This document shows positions 1 to 10,389 of a stretch of 64,000 nt of DNA, piece after piece. This DNA comes from Naegleria gruberi. Its lineage: Eukaryota. The position numbers were made by a program, and so were the translations under genes. The notes beneath the pieces were generated by a model that was not told where the DNA came from, ran no database searches, and saw only the letters and a program-made list of their open reading frames with translations. The stretch lies in the NCBI GenBank assembly GCA_000004985.1, contig GG738870.1, one strand, 5' to 3'. Within the stretch, counting starts at the first letter, position 1; the number at the start of each line of letters is the position of its first letter.

Positions 1-3000
1 TAGCAACCCAAGCATCACTTATTTTCCCTAATAATTTTCCGTTCTCTAATATTTTGCTCAAAACTTCTGAGTGCTCAGTTGTAGACTCCATTGGCTCATT
101 ATCATGTGTCAAGGGAGACAAATTAGAGACCTGATCAGGTATCAATCTAGAATCCCAACAAACAAAAACTCGATCACCATCAAAATCACAAATCTTGATC
201 GATGTGTATCCTTGTGTTGGGAAGATAATTGCTGCATTGCTTGGTCTGTACTTGCTTCTCAGTAAGCTGTTATCTCTACAAGTGAAGGTTTGAATATCTG
301 AAGGGTGCAAACAGGGATTTCTACAAATAAATACCTGCGTACCATCCTCTATATAATTTCCATCGCCAAGTTGCACCATAACTTCATTCTCCTTCAGTTG
401 TTTATACTCATCAACAATACTCATAGCAATTACAGCTTTTTCAATTGGGATCATTGCCTTTGTTTGTACTTTCTTGATTTCGTCATAAATCAAGTATCTT
501 GCCAGATATTGCAGGAACTCATCGTCAGGCATTTCATTCAGAGATTGAATGGCTGGTAAAGTATCCATACAATTTTCTTTGAGAACTTTTAAAAAGTATT
601 TAGGAGACGTAATTTTTTCTGAGAGATCTTTGAAATAATCTAAGAATATAGAAAGGAAGGTTTCTTTGGTAATACCCAAAGTAGTAAGCAATAAAATAAT
701 TTGCTTATTTAGGTATGCTGGTTTTCGAGCAGTTGTGCAACTAACCAGTTCAATCTTGTTAAGCTCCTCTTTTCCATTAAATTTACACATTGATTCTCTA
801 AGAATGACATCCATTCCATCTCCCAAGTCTTCATCAGGTAGTACTGACAGTACTCCTTTGAATCCTAAGAATCTGATTTGCAAGGCTGTTGGCACTGAAA
901 CAAGCCCTAACTGGTTGGAAATTTGTTGCGCTATACTTTGTGAAATTTTTCCTATTCCATCAGTCATTTCAGAACCATCAATTGCCAATTCATCCTTAAC
1001 ACATTTCCACTTATTGATGGTACAAGTTTCTTTTGTAGTTGTAAAATTAAGAGCATGTCTGGAAACAAGTTTGAAGGGGTTGAGATTCGAGTCATATGTA
1101 CCAAATATTTGCATTAATTCATCGACTTCGCTACACGCTGGCATGGCAGTTGTGTCAAAGAAATAGACATAGTCACTACGGAGCATACTTAAAGAGCCAC
1201 CAACAGGACGATATTCTTTTCCACAACATTCAATACTGGCGGGAACTACATCAATAATTTTCACTTTTACAAAGTTGTCTGGGTGTAACTTTCTGAAAAA
1301 TCTCTTATCATCCATAAGTTGTGGAAGTCCATAGGTTATTTTTTGTTTGTAAGTAACAGATCTAATGAATCTACTCTCCTTTGTATCATTTGATTGCTGA
1401 GATATTTTCAATTTCTCAATGTACTCTAACATTTTTGATTCAGGTGCAAAGGTGCATTTCTTGAATAAACTACATATTTCAGCAGTAAATAACGACATGG
1501 AAAGAGCATTGGATGAAAAGCTGTCATTATTGATAAGAGCTTTCAATCTTTCACTGATAGATGATATTATTTGAGGGGAAATGTAAAGCATTGGATGTCT
1601 ATCTTGAATATACGACAGGTAATAGGAAATCGTGCTGTTTTCATGGAAGATTGATTCGTATGGAATAAGTTCTTTAACATTTAACTTGACAAAATAAACC
1701 TTGAAACCGTCAAACGTATTTGGAATGGAAGTGGTTCCTGGCTCAATATTTCCAATGCAAGAGTACTTGTTCAATTCTTCACTGTTAACCACATTAAAGA
1801 CATATTTACCACTCCTCTCATCAATTAATATGTATCTACCAACTGCCCTCAGGATTTCATTATGGAAATCCATTTCTGGAGATAACTGAATAGGTCCACC
1901 TTCTTCCATGTAGATTTCGAATCCTTTTTCAGCAGAAAAAGTCATTGCACCTGGGCAGATTTCGATATTGTTGGAATGGTAGGAATGTAAACTCTCTGTT
2001 GGCTCAATAAACAATGCTGCATGCTTATCGAGAAGTGTGTTGAAAATCATTTTGCGAACACTCTCGAATTGGGTCTCTTCCAATGTAATTTCAATGTAGG
2101 CACTCTGTTTATCCCATTCAATCATTCTAAAAGAGCGTTTAAACACTTGCATAGTATTCCTAATATCATCTAAAGTGATACTATCAAAGTGGTGAATGGT
2201 GAATGATAAAATTTTGGTCTTGATAGGCTCAATTGTTTTTCTGAACTCAAAGTAATCTTCAAGCAAGGGCTGGATTTTGTTTGAGCTTTCCTCAGATCTA
2301 TACAATTAGATTTCCTCCAAATCACAAAGAATACTTACTTTAGTGAAATTTTTGTAATCATTTCCTTCTCTTCCTTTTCAATTTGTTCATAGTAATTTTG
2401 TTCTTCTTCTTCAATCAATAAATGGAAGGTACTCTTTTTCTGACGTGCTCTTCCTCTAGCTTGAATAATTCTTCTCAAAGAAAGATTACCATCAAAGAGA
2501 ACAACAATATTACAATCAGAAATATCAATACCTTCTTCTAAAACACTAGTAGAAACTAAGAGCTTGCATTCATGATTTTTAAATTCTTCTATCAAGACTC
2601 TTTGTTCATTTTCATAATTCATTCCACCTGCTCCATATTGGCCGACTATTCTTTGAGGATAAAATTGCTTGAATTTTCTTTCCAACATTCTTGTCAACCT
2701 GAAAGACATTTCTTTGGTTTTTACAAAAACTAGAATACGTGAATCATCTTTAGTCTTGTTTAAGATGGACTCCAACACTCCAAATCTTTCTGAAAATGAA
2801 CGGGTGATATTTGAAAACTTTTCTTTTGAATATTCCAAATCTTTTGATGATTCTAGATATTCTAAAGCTTCTTTGGTTCCAAGAATATTAGTCATTTCCA
2901 TTAATCCTATAAATTTGAGCATTTTCTGTGAAATACTTTCGTATTGTGGTGGTATGTGAAGTCTTAAATAACCAATAATTGATATAAAACTCCCAAAGTG

Positions 3001-4284
3001 CCATAAATTATTAATCTTGTACTCTAGTAATTGTTCATTCAGTAAGCATACTTCTTCCTTAAATTTAGAGATCAGTTGTATTTGTTCTTGCTTCATTGAT
3101 GTTTTCCTAATTTTAGTTGATGCAGTATTTTCCATTTCTCGCATCTTTTCTCTTGTTAGAAAAGGATAGGAAACAGAATCAATTTTGAAGGAAACTTCTA
3201 ACTGTTGAAAATCTAGTGGTGATGCTGTGAGACCAGTAATTTTAACACGTGATTGTGAATTGCGAAAAGCAGCACCCAATAAATTATATCTACTATTTGG
3301 ACTAATTCCATGGTGTATCTCATCAAATACCACCATTGAAAAATCTTCAGGTCTTAACATTCTATTTTCGAACAAGTTCAATAACAAGCCATCAGTGAAG
3401 AAGCAAACTTGAACCTCTCTTTTACGTAACCTTTCAATCGACTCTGCAGTTCTCGTTTGACTACACAATACCAAGGATTTATCTTCGGTCTCTGTTATAT
3501 AATAATCAGATTGTTGAAAAGCAAGTGGAATTTTGTTCACTACAAATGCCACCAACTTTTCTGGATTGAGTACACTCATCTTTTTCATCAATAGAACAGA
3601 CACTAGAGTTTTACCTAATCCTGTTGGAAGACAAATCAGAGAGTTTGTAAACAAGCTCTGAAAGTACATCTCCACTTGATAATCTCTAGGAGTGGAATGA
3701 AGCAATGAAGGAGGATAGTACTGTTCTTGATTCTTCTCATCAAGAAAGTTTGGCAACACTGTCTGCACAATAGGCTCAACAACTTGATTTGTCAAATCAT
3801 TATTATCATTATGTGAAGGAAGGTAACTCTTGATATCCTCATAAATCATATGAAAAGGAAGTTTCCTATCGGGCCACTTTTTCTTTGCTATTGTAGTTGT
3901 TGGATCTTCCAAGCCTTTCACAAAAGTTGCTTCTGGTCTAAAGCAAACAAAGCCTTCACTCAATTGTACAACTTTGGTACCAATGGTGAATTCATCTTTA
4001 ATTTTAATAACAGTTGCGACCTTTTCATTGCACTTTCTACAATGTAATGTATGGAGAACAATCTTCTTCTTTGGTGATTCTTGAACATCCATATTAATCA
4101 TCAATTTTTGATTGTTGGAATGATTAGTATCAATTTGATCATCGGAAGTGTATTTAATTTGATGATCATAGGTTAGTGTACAGTGATTGGCATTGTTATA
4201 CTTGCATAGACACATCCAATCGAAGGAAATTAATGCATGGCCACACTTTAAACAAGAGAGAAGATGTGATGGTTGTGGAAGCAT
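1..4284 (-). CDS. Fusion gene: N-terminal DExH (Dicer/RIG-I/FANCM-like) helicase joined to a C-terminal RNA-dependent RNA polymerase. Exon 1 is 4284..2339, the intron is 2298..2338 (GTAAGT...CTAATTGTATAG, 41 nt), exon 2 is 2297..<1. The C-terminus lies beyond the window start.
   Basis: The 649-aa ORF 2335..4284 carries helicase motifs I (LPTGLGKT), II (VFDEIHH), III (TASP) and VI (QARGRARQ). Its stop codon TAA is the first three bases of a GTAAGT donor. Splicing to the AG at 2298 continues in frame (…ISLK|K|SEESSNKIQPLLEDYFEF…) into an unlisted minus-strand ORF that reaches position 1. That ORF carries RdRP hallmarks RNPCLHPSDIQ and the catalytic DFDGD (174..188). The track omitted it because it is open at the window edge. 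Confidence 0.8.
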
Positions 4285-4548
4285 TTTGTTGATCGGATTG
4301 GTTGATCGGAAACTATTGTGATAAGCCTGTGAAATTAATACTAAATGATATTATTAGGTTGGGAATTCATAAGTGATTTTTTTAAATTTATTAAATAATT
4401 TTTCAAAAATAAAATATAATTGTTTTTTCCAAATTTATTGAATTTAATCCTTAAACAAAATGTAGTATCTGAATTTTATATATGTCCAGAGCTTTGGAAC
4501 AGTAATGTATCAAATAGCTGGAACAATACTTTTCAAGCAAATACATGA

Positions 4549-4619
4549 AGGGAGATAGTTCAGTGGTAGAACATGGGATTGTGGTTCCTAAGATCAGGGT
4601 TCGATTCCCTGTCTTCCTA
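4549..4619 (+). tRNA. tRNA-His (anticodon GUG), 71 nt, no intron
   Basis: Cloverleaf folds by hand: acceptor AGGGAGA/TCTTCCT with 2 G-U pairs, D-arm GTTC-AGTGGTA-GAAC, anticodon arm TGGGA-TTGTGGT-TCCTA (U33, GUG, G37), T-arm CAGGG-TTCGATT-CCCTG, discriminator A. A T5 run follows. Confidence 0.8.
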
Positions 4620-4889
4620 CACCTTTTTGACTTTTACTTATTCTAGAATTAAGCCTGTTTATGTAGGAGTTTACAGTATTTAAGAGACAAGAAATAATTT
4701 CAAACTCTGGTTACCAGCTTTTATTTATTTAATTATACGAAATAACAATGAATTTCCTCTCCTTCCCATTCCTCTCCAAAAACTTCCTTTGTTCTGAATC
4801 AACAATAATCCACTTCAAAATCAAATACAGCATTATTCCACTTTCGATCATAGTCCAAAAGTTCAAATACACCAAAATAGTAATGGCGT

Positions 4890-7832
4890 TTGACAAGAAT
4901 TCAAAAAAAAATGATAGATTCATTAAACAATGAATTCGTTTGCAACAATGACTTGAACAAGCACCTTCGAAAATGCATACCAGTCACCGAATACAATCGT
5001 CAACTCAGAGAATTGAGACTAAACGCCTCCATTGGAAGTATTTCAGTTCTCGGTATTATGAGAATTGTCATTTTCGTCTTGTTGTTCATTGGATTAATTC
5101 TCTTTCTTCTATTCAAGAGATCGAAATATTTGAAATTCAATAGAATTGGATTTGCTTTTGGAGTTTTGATTTTTTCCTTGTTAGTTGTCTTGAATGGAAT
5201 TTTGCTAATTGACTTGATCCCTTCGAGAGTAATTGATTTTAATCCGACAGCAGCAGTGGTGGCAGCAATTAATTCTACAAAGAATTCGACTCGGCAAATT
5301 TCATTTGATTATCAACAGGTTTTGGTTGACCAAATCATTTCTCCATTAATTTTAATTCCCATTCAAACTTTTGAACAATTTGCTCAATTGGCCACAAATG
5401 CAACCACAAATCAAACTCTAGTTGACTATTCAAAAGTCAATCTTAGAACCATTCCTCTCATCCAGAGAACAAGAGCCATGTGGGTATCTCAACCTCAAGA
5501 ATTACTATCCGAAACCATATGTTTCATCCACCTTTCGACCACATCCTTGCTTCACTGGCTCATGATCTTGTGCATCCCAAACTTTATCTTTTTCAATTAT
5601 GTGATCAGATCTTACATGGAGAGAAAGAAATTGCGATTGGTAAAATTCTTGGAAAAGGAACAAGAAAAATTACATCGAGAATTTTTGAAACGTTTGCCAG
5701 AGGAAGATTCTTCTGAGAATTTAACACCTCAATCGAATGAAATTCATGTTGGAAATAGAGTTTTGAGAGGATATGCCAGTCAAAGATTGACAGATGAAAG
5801 GTCATTTATTTCTGAGAGTGATTCCTCAATTGTTTTGATGGATCAACCTAGAAAAGCTTCAATTCCACAGAGAGAAAGTTTCTTATTTGGTGATTCTCAA
5901 AGGGAACATCGATTCATGTCTAGTGTGTCAACTGAGCCATCTTTCTTTGCAAGTGTTTCACAACATGCTGGTCAACCAGGAAATAATTCTGGAAGAGTTA
6001 GAAGAGATTCAGCTGCTTCAGATACTTCTGAAAATGTGCAAACAGATGGAAGTGATCCAACTAATTTGTCAAGTTTCGGTACAAGTTTCCTTAAACCACC
6101 TCAATCGAATTATGATTCGAATGATGGTCCTCCTCAATTGCCAAATCCAAATGCGAGAAATGGAAAGGACCCGTTCAATCCTAATTATAATCCGAGAGGA
6201 ACTGAAGTTTCGTATATTTCCACCACTACTGGAATGATGACTCCAAGAGCAACAGTTGAAGACAACTTGGAAAGTGGAAGTGTTATTAAACATTCCTATT
6301 TAAGGCAAACTCATGGTGAGAGTGATACTCTTTCACAGACAGATTCCAAGTTTTTGAATAATTTTTCAATGACTCCATCGAGAACCACTCCAATGAATGA
6401 TGTCACTAATCAGTCAACTCAATTGTCAACAACTGCTTTTTCATCCACTGAAAATAGACAATTAAGATCTCAATTTGAGAATGAAAAGATGATTCTCATT
6501 CTCAATTTCTTCATTAATCATCCAAAAACCTTTCAAGCTTTGACATTTTGTTTCACAACCATCAGTTGGGCTATCGTTCAAGGAGTTTTCATAGCAATCA
6601 TGTTAGTTCCACAATCTGTCACCAGTTGTGATGCCATCTGGTATGTAGTTCAGAGAGTTTGGTACAGTTGCGTGTTAATCCTAAGTACCTGCTTTATGAT
6701 TGGACTATTTCTCTTTGATATGTTGGTCAATGAGAAAAATTCCTTATTGAAAAAGAATGTCAATTCTCCAAATTCACAAAAGAAATCCAAGTTTGCCTTC
6801 TTCAGATTCTTATCAAATTATTGGATTCATCATGATTTGATGTGGTTCAGGAGGGAGGCACTCTTATTTGTGTTGATTTTCATTGTCACTTGTTTGGGAT
6901 TGACATTAACTGACATTCTTGTTCATGTGACTAGATCTGAAGAGTTGGTGATTAGAGTTTACATGATTAAGATTGTAGCTTCATTCCTGTTTGAATTACC
7001 TTTCGTATTGGTGACTCCATTTCTTGTGGGAATGTTTGCATTGAAGAGACAATATCATGTAAGCAAGTTACAAAATGATTTTGTAAAGAATCAAGATGAT
7101 TATATTAGAAAGAGTATTAGACGAAATGAAAATAATCAAACCTTGACTCAATCAACTTTCCATCAACAATCCACCAATAATCAAGATACTCTCATTGAGC
7201 AACATTACAATTTATCAATTTATCATCCAACTGAGAATATTATGAGACAAATTCTCAAACATTCGAAACTCAATCGATTGTTCCAAGAATTTCTCCAAAG
7301 AGAATTATCAATCAGCAACTTGCTACTCTACAAGGCAGTCAATGAATACTTTATCTTGAAAGAGAAGGAAAAGATTCTCGAGCAGAGACAAAAGCTCTTC
7401 CACATTTACTACAATTTCATCAATTCCAATGATATTAATCAATCTCGTTTCAGTAACTTGTTGAATCGTTCCATTCTCTTGGTGAGTAAGAGTGAGAATA
7501 GATGGATTTCCAAATCCACAATCAAGAGATTTGATGAATTAATGAAAGCTTTCCATTCCAATCCAGTCAATGCCAAGGAATTCCACATCACCGTTGGAAG
7601 ACATCAACAATCCACTGAAGTTGAATTGGGAGACTTGATGATTCAACTCAAGGAAGAAATCCTATTCAATTTGTTGGATTCCTACACTCGATTCTTTATA
7701 GAATGCAAGGAATTCCACATGTTCCTCTCCTCCAACTCCAATTCGACTCAATTTGGTGTTGCCAATTCTTCTACTACAACTTCCAATAATCATAACAATA
7801 ACAATACTTCAAGTACCATTACTTATCAATAA
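4890..7832 (+). CDS. Polytopic membrane protein with a C-terminal RGS (regulator of G-protein signalling) domain. The N-terminal and middle regions have multiple TM helices and a Ser/Asn-rich loop.
   Basis: The 980-aa ORF has hydrophobic helices in two blocks. The C-terminal ~130 aa (LFQEFLQRELSISNLLLYKAVNEYF…LLDSYTRFF) matches the RGS-box pattern. Confidence 0.65.
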   Translation: MTRIQKKMIDSLNNEFVCNNDLNKHLRKCIPVTEYNRQLRELRLNASIGSISVLGIMRIVIFVLLFIGLILFLLFKRSKYLKFNRIGFAFGVLIFSLLVVLNGILLIDLIPSRVIDFNPTAAVVAAINSTKNSTRQISFDYQQVLVDQIISPLILIPIQTFEQFAQLATNATTNQTLVDYSKVNLRTIPLIQRTRAMWVSQPQELLSETICFIHLSTTSLLHWLMILCIPNFIFFNYVIRSYMERKKLRLVKFLEKEQEKLHREFLKRLPEEDSSENLTPQSNEIHVGNRVLRGYASQRLTDERSFISESDSSIVLMDQPRKASIPQRESFLFGDSQREHRFMSSVSTEPSFFASVSQHAGQPGNNSGRVRRDSAASDTSENVQTDGSDPTNLSSFGTSFLKPPQSNYDSNDGPPQLPNPNARNGKDPFNPNYNPRGTEVSYISTTTGMMTPRATVEDNLESGSVIKHSYLRQTHGESDTLSQTDSKFLNNFSMTPSRTTPMNDVTNQSTQLSTTAFSSTENRQLRSQFENEKMILILNFFINHPKTFQALTFCFTTISWAIVQGVFIAIMLVPQSVTSCDAIWYVVQRVWYSCVLILSTCFMIGLFLFDMLVNEKNSLLKKNVNSPNSQKKSKFAFFRFLSNYWIHHDLMWFRREALLFVLIFIVTCLGLTLTDILVHVTRSEELVIRVYMIKIVASFLFELPFVLVTPFLVGMFALKRQYHVSKLQNDFVKNQDDYIRKSIRRNENNQTLTQSTFHQQSTNNQDTLIEQHYNLSIYHPTENIMRQILKHSKLNRLFQEFLQRELSISNLLLYKAVNEYFILKEKEKILEQRQKLFHIYYNFINSNDINQSRFSNLLNRSILLVSKSENRWISKSTIKRFDELMKAFHSNPVNAKEFHITVGRHQQSTEVELGDLMIQLKEEILFNLLDSYTRFFIECKEFHMFLSSNSNSTQFGVANSSTTTSNNHNNNNTSSTITYQ

Positions 7833-8313
7833 AAATTCCGATCCAATATAATTACTTATTGCAATCATCAAATTCATCGAATTGAACCTTCCTCCGATAT
7901 ATATTATATTATTAATCATATCATCATCATTAATAACTATTTATATACAATTTAATTTATTTAATGGAGAGGTTCAATCGGATGTTCCTTCAACTTGTTG
8001 ATTGCTTTTGATCTAATTGTCAGAATGGCACTCACAATTTCAAATTGATATGGATTAGGAACAGTATTATCACAATTAACTCTTGGGTCGACACTCAATT
8101 TTTCTAACAAGTGTTCTAATTGTTCTAATTCTTGCAAGCTGATTCTTTGGGTGTTGTGTTGGAGGTGATGTTGTTGAGTGTGTGGCATCTTTTTTTTGTA
8201 TTTTGTTTTAATTTAAAATTGGACAGAAATTGGGTTTTAATTTGGTAATTAACATTTTTCAAGGTACTTTTATGGAAATTTTTGATAATTGATAAAATTG
8301 GAAACAAGAAACT

Positions 8314-10050
8314 TTATTCAGGTTGTGGATTAGTTGCATTGTAAAATTGTATAGATGTACTGCTAGTAGTGGTAGTATTGGATCGTTGTAATTCTTGAGG
8401 TGAAATCATTAACTTTGGATATTGCACTAATATGTGACAGTATTCTTTCGAATATCGTTCATAGAATTGGACATACTCTTCAAAAGGCATAATTTTAGCA
8501 ATATTTTCAAAGATTGGTTGTAGAGCTGCATCTACTATTTCCTGTTCCAGATGAACATCTTGTGTGAAGAGGAAGAGATGTTTGATTAATTCCTGTCTCT
8601 GAATGATATGTTCATAGCTTTTTGGGTCTTTTGTTGATAACATGTTAGATAGGACCCATGTTGCTTCCTTCTTTAGAGAATATCCATTCCTATTATGAAA
8701 ATCAGCACTGTAAACTAGTAAAAGTATTGAGGCAATGTCAATATCGACTAATCTGGCTGATTGAGCTGGTGTTCCTGCTGCAATATTGCTCATGACGTAG
8801 AGAGCTTCCTTTTTCATGGAAAACTTGTCTGATTGCATGCTCCTACTGAGACATTTGAAAAACTCGGGTTGGTCTATCACTTGTTGTGTAACTGCATCAT
8901 ATTCCATTCTTGTGAAATTTCCCAAGATTCTCAGAGATGGCAATTCTATATTTCGTACATCCTTTTCGTTAATTACATTATCAATGAGTTTGCATATTAA
9001 TTTATCATCCAAAAAGCTTTCAAATATTTTTGGAATGTTTGACTCGGTTCCATATGTTATTCCCCACAAGGTGTCTGATAAAACATCGACATCTTCAGAG
9101 GTGAGAGCCAATTCCTTCATTACATCAGTAATCATTTCTAGAGAATCCTCATCCATATTAATTGGTTTAGCTCTGAAAAAGTTAGAAAAAGTCCAAGAAA
9201 TAATTCTAATCATTGAAATGATACCATTATTCTTGACTGATTGATAGACATTATAAATTAGCTTGAGAGAGGAAATCTTTTCACTTTCTCCAACTTTGTC
9301 CAAATTATCACAATCCTCTTTTAAACAAGGAAAATAATTCTTGGCTCCTTGCATTGTAATTGGCACCAAGGTATGCAATACTAAATCTCTCGATTCTGTA
9401 TTATCTCCTGTAATATTGGCCAAATTCCACAATGCTTGTTGCTTAATTTCTGGAGGTTCACAATGCAGTAACATTAAAAGAGTCTGAACTGCATTGAGTG
9501 AGGTAATTTCTTCATCCTTATACGATATCACAGAAATCGTGTGTTCATATGATCCAGATGCTATATTTGTTAAAATCCAAGATGATTCAAATACCAAATT
9601 ACGCCACAATGCCACAATCTTTAAAGGATCTTGTCTATTCTTATATTCTCTCAAATACTCTCTCACTATTCCAAAATAGAGTATTTGAAATGAGAATGGA
9701 ACCAATCCACCCTTTACAACTTCATCAAGAGGTGGATTATTTTCGAATGAAACTAATTTACGAATAATGACCATCAGTTCCAGAACATGTTCAAAAACAG
9801 AGGAAGAATCCGTCAGATCAGCCATCAAATCTCTAAATATTGGTCGAAATCTATTAATCTTTTCAGCAATGCTCATGATTTTAGGACGGTATTCAGTGAT
9901 CGGAATTGCTCTTCTCCTAGTTGATGAAGTTTTATGACGAGTCTTGTTGATACGGAGAGAGGCAATTAATTGACGAGTTAATTGATCCTTCTTGAATGAT
10001 TTATCATCATCATTGTCATCTTCATTATTATTGTTTGGTAATGATTTCAT
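8314..10050 (-). CDS. Importin-alpha-like armadillo-repeat protein (divergent)
   Basis: The N-terminus has a basic IBB-like stretch (RHKTSSTRRRA). ARM repeat signatures WILTNIASGSYEHT and QALWNLANITGDNTESRDLVL parallel importin-alpha WALTNIASGTSEQT and QAVWALGNIAGD. Confidence 0.65.
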   Translation of the reverse strand: MKSLPNNNNEDDNDDDKSFKKDQLTRQLIASLRINKTRHKTSSTRRRAIPITEYRPKIMSIAEKINRFRPIFRDLMADLTDSSSVFEHVLELMVIIRKLVSFENNPPLDEVVKGGLVPFSFQILYFGIVREYLREYKNRQDPLKIVALWRNLVFESSWILTNIASGSYEHTISVISYKDEEITSLNAVQTLLMLLHCEPPEIKQQALWNLANITGDNTESRDLVLHTLVPITMQGAKNYFPCLKEDCDNLDKVGESEKISSLKLIYNVYQSVKNNGIISMIRIISWTFSNFFRAKPINMDEDSLEMITDVMKELALTSEDVDVLSDTLWGITYGTESNIPKIFESFLDDKLICKLIDNVINEKDVRNIELPSLRILGNFTRMEYDAVTQQVIDQPEFFKCLSRSMQSDKFSMKKEALYVMSNIAAGTPAQSARLVDIDIASILLLVYSADFHNRNGYSLKKEATWVLSNMLSTKDPKSYEHIIQRQELIKHLFLFTQDVHLEQEIVDAALQPIFENIAKIMPFEEYVQFYERYSKEYCHILVQYPKLMISPQELQRSNTTTTSSTSIQFYNATNPQPE

Positions 10051-10389
10051 ACTTGATGATAATTATTTGATGATGACGATGACTAAGAAAATATACACTA
10101 AATAATAATAATACAATGGACTAATTTACAACAGCAAAGAGATGTTTTGTTCTATTGGTGGTTGTCTCTTGAGGGAGAGATGCAGAAAAGTGTAACAAAC
10201 AGAACTTCCAACACTTTGAAAAATTTGGTCGAGGTTGTGCTGATGGATGATGATTGGTTGTTTTTTTTGAAAATAGTTTAAAGTTGACGATGGGTGTGAT
10301 TGAAAATTACGCTGAGACCTGTCTTATTCCTTAAATAATTTATCAACTTCAAGTTAAGGTCAATTAAAGAATGAAAATTTTAAGGTTTT

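Noticed and set aside
2669-4047. Several 60-96-aa plus-strand ORFs inside the helicase gene (2669..2959, 3227..3412, 3850..4047)
   Set aside because: They are antisense to a well-supported DExH helicase CDS. They are short and not protein-like.
7961-8307. Two small minus-strand ORFs (75 aa and 60 aa) between the RGS gene and the importin gene
   Set aside because: The 75-aa product has a faint heptad character (LQELEQLEHLLEKL) but no start context, domain or conservation I can verify. It more likely lies in a UTR or intergenic region.
8816-9767. Plus-strand ORFs 8816..9244, 9494..9679 and 9549..9767
   Set aside because: They are antisense to the importin-alpha-like gene and are shadow ORFs.
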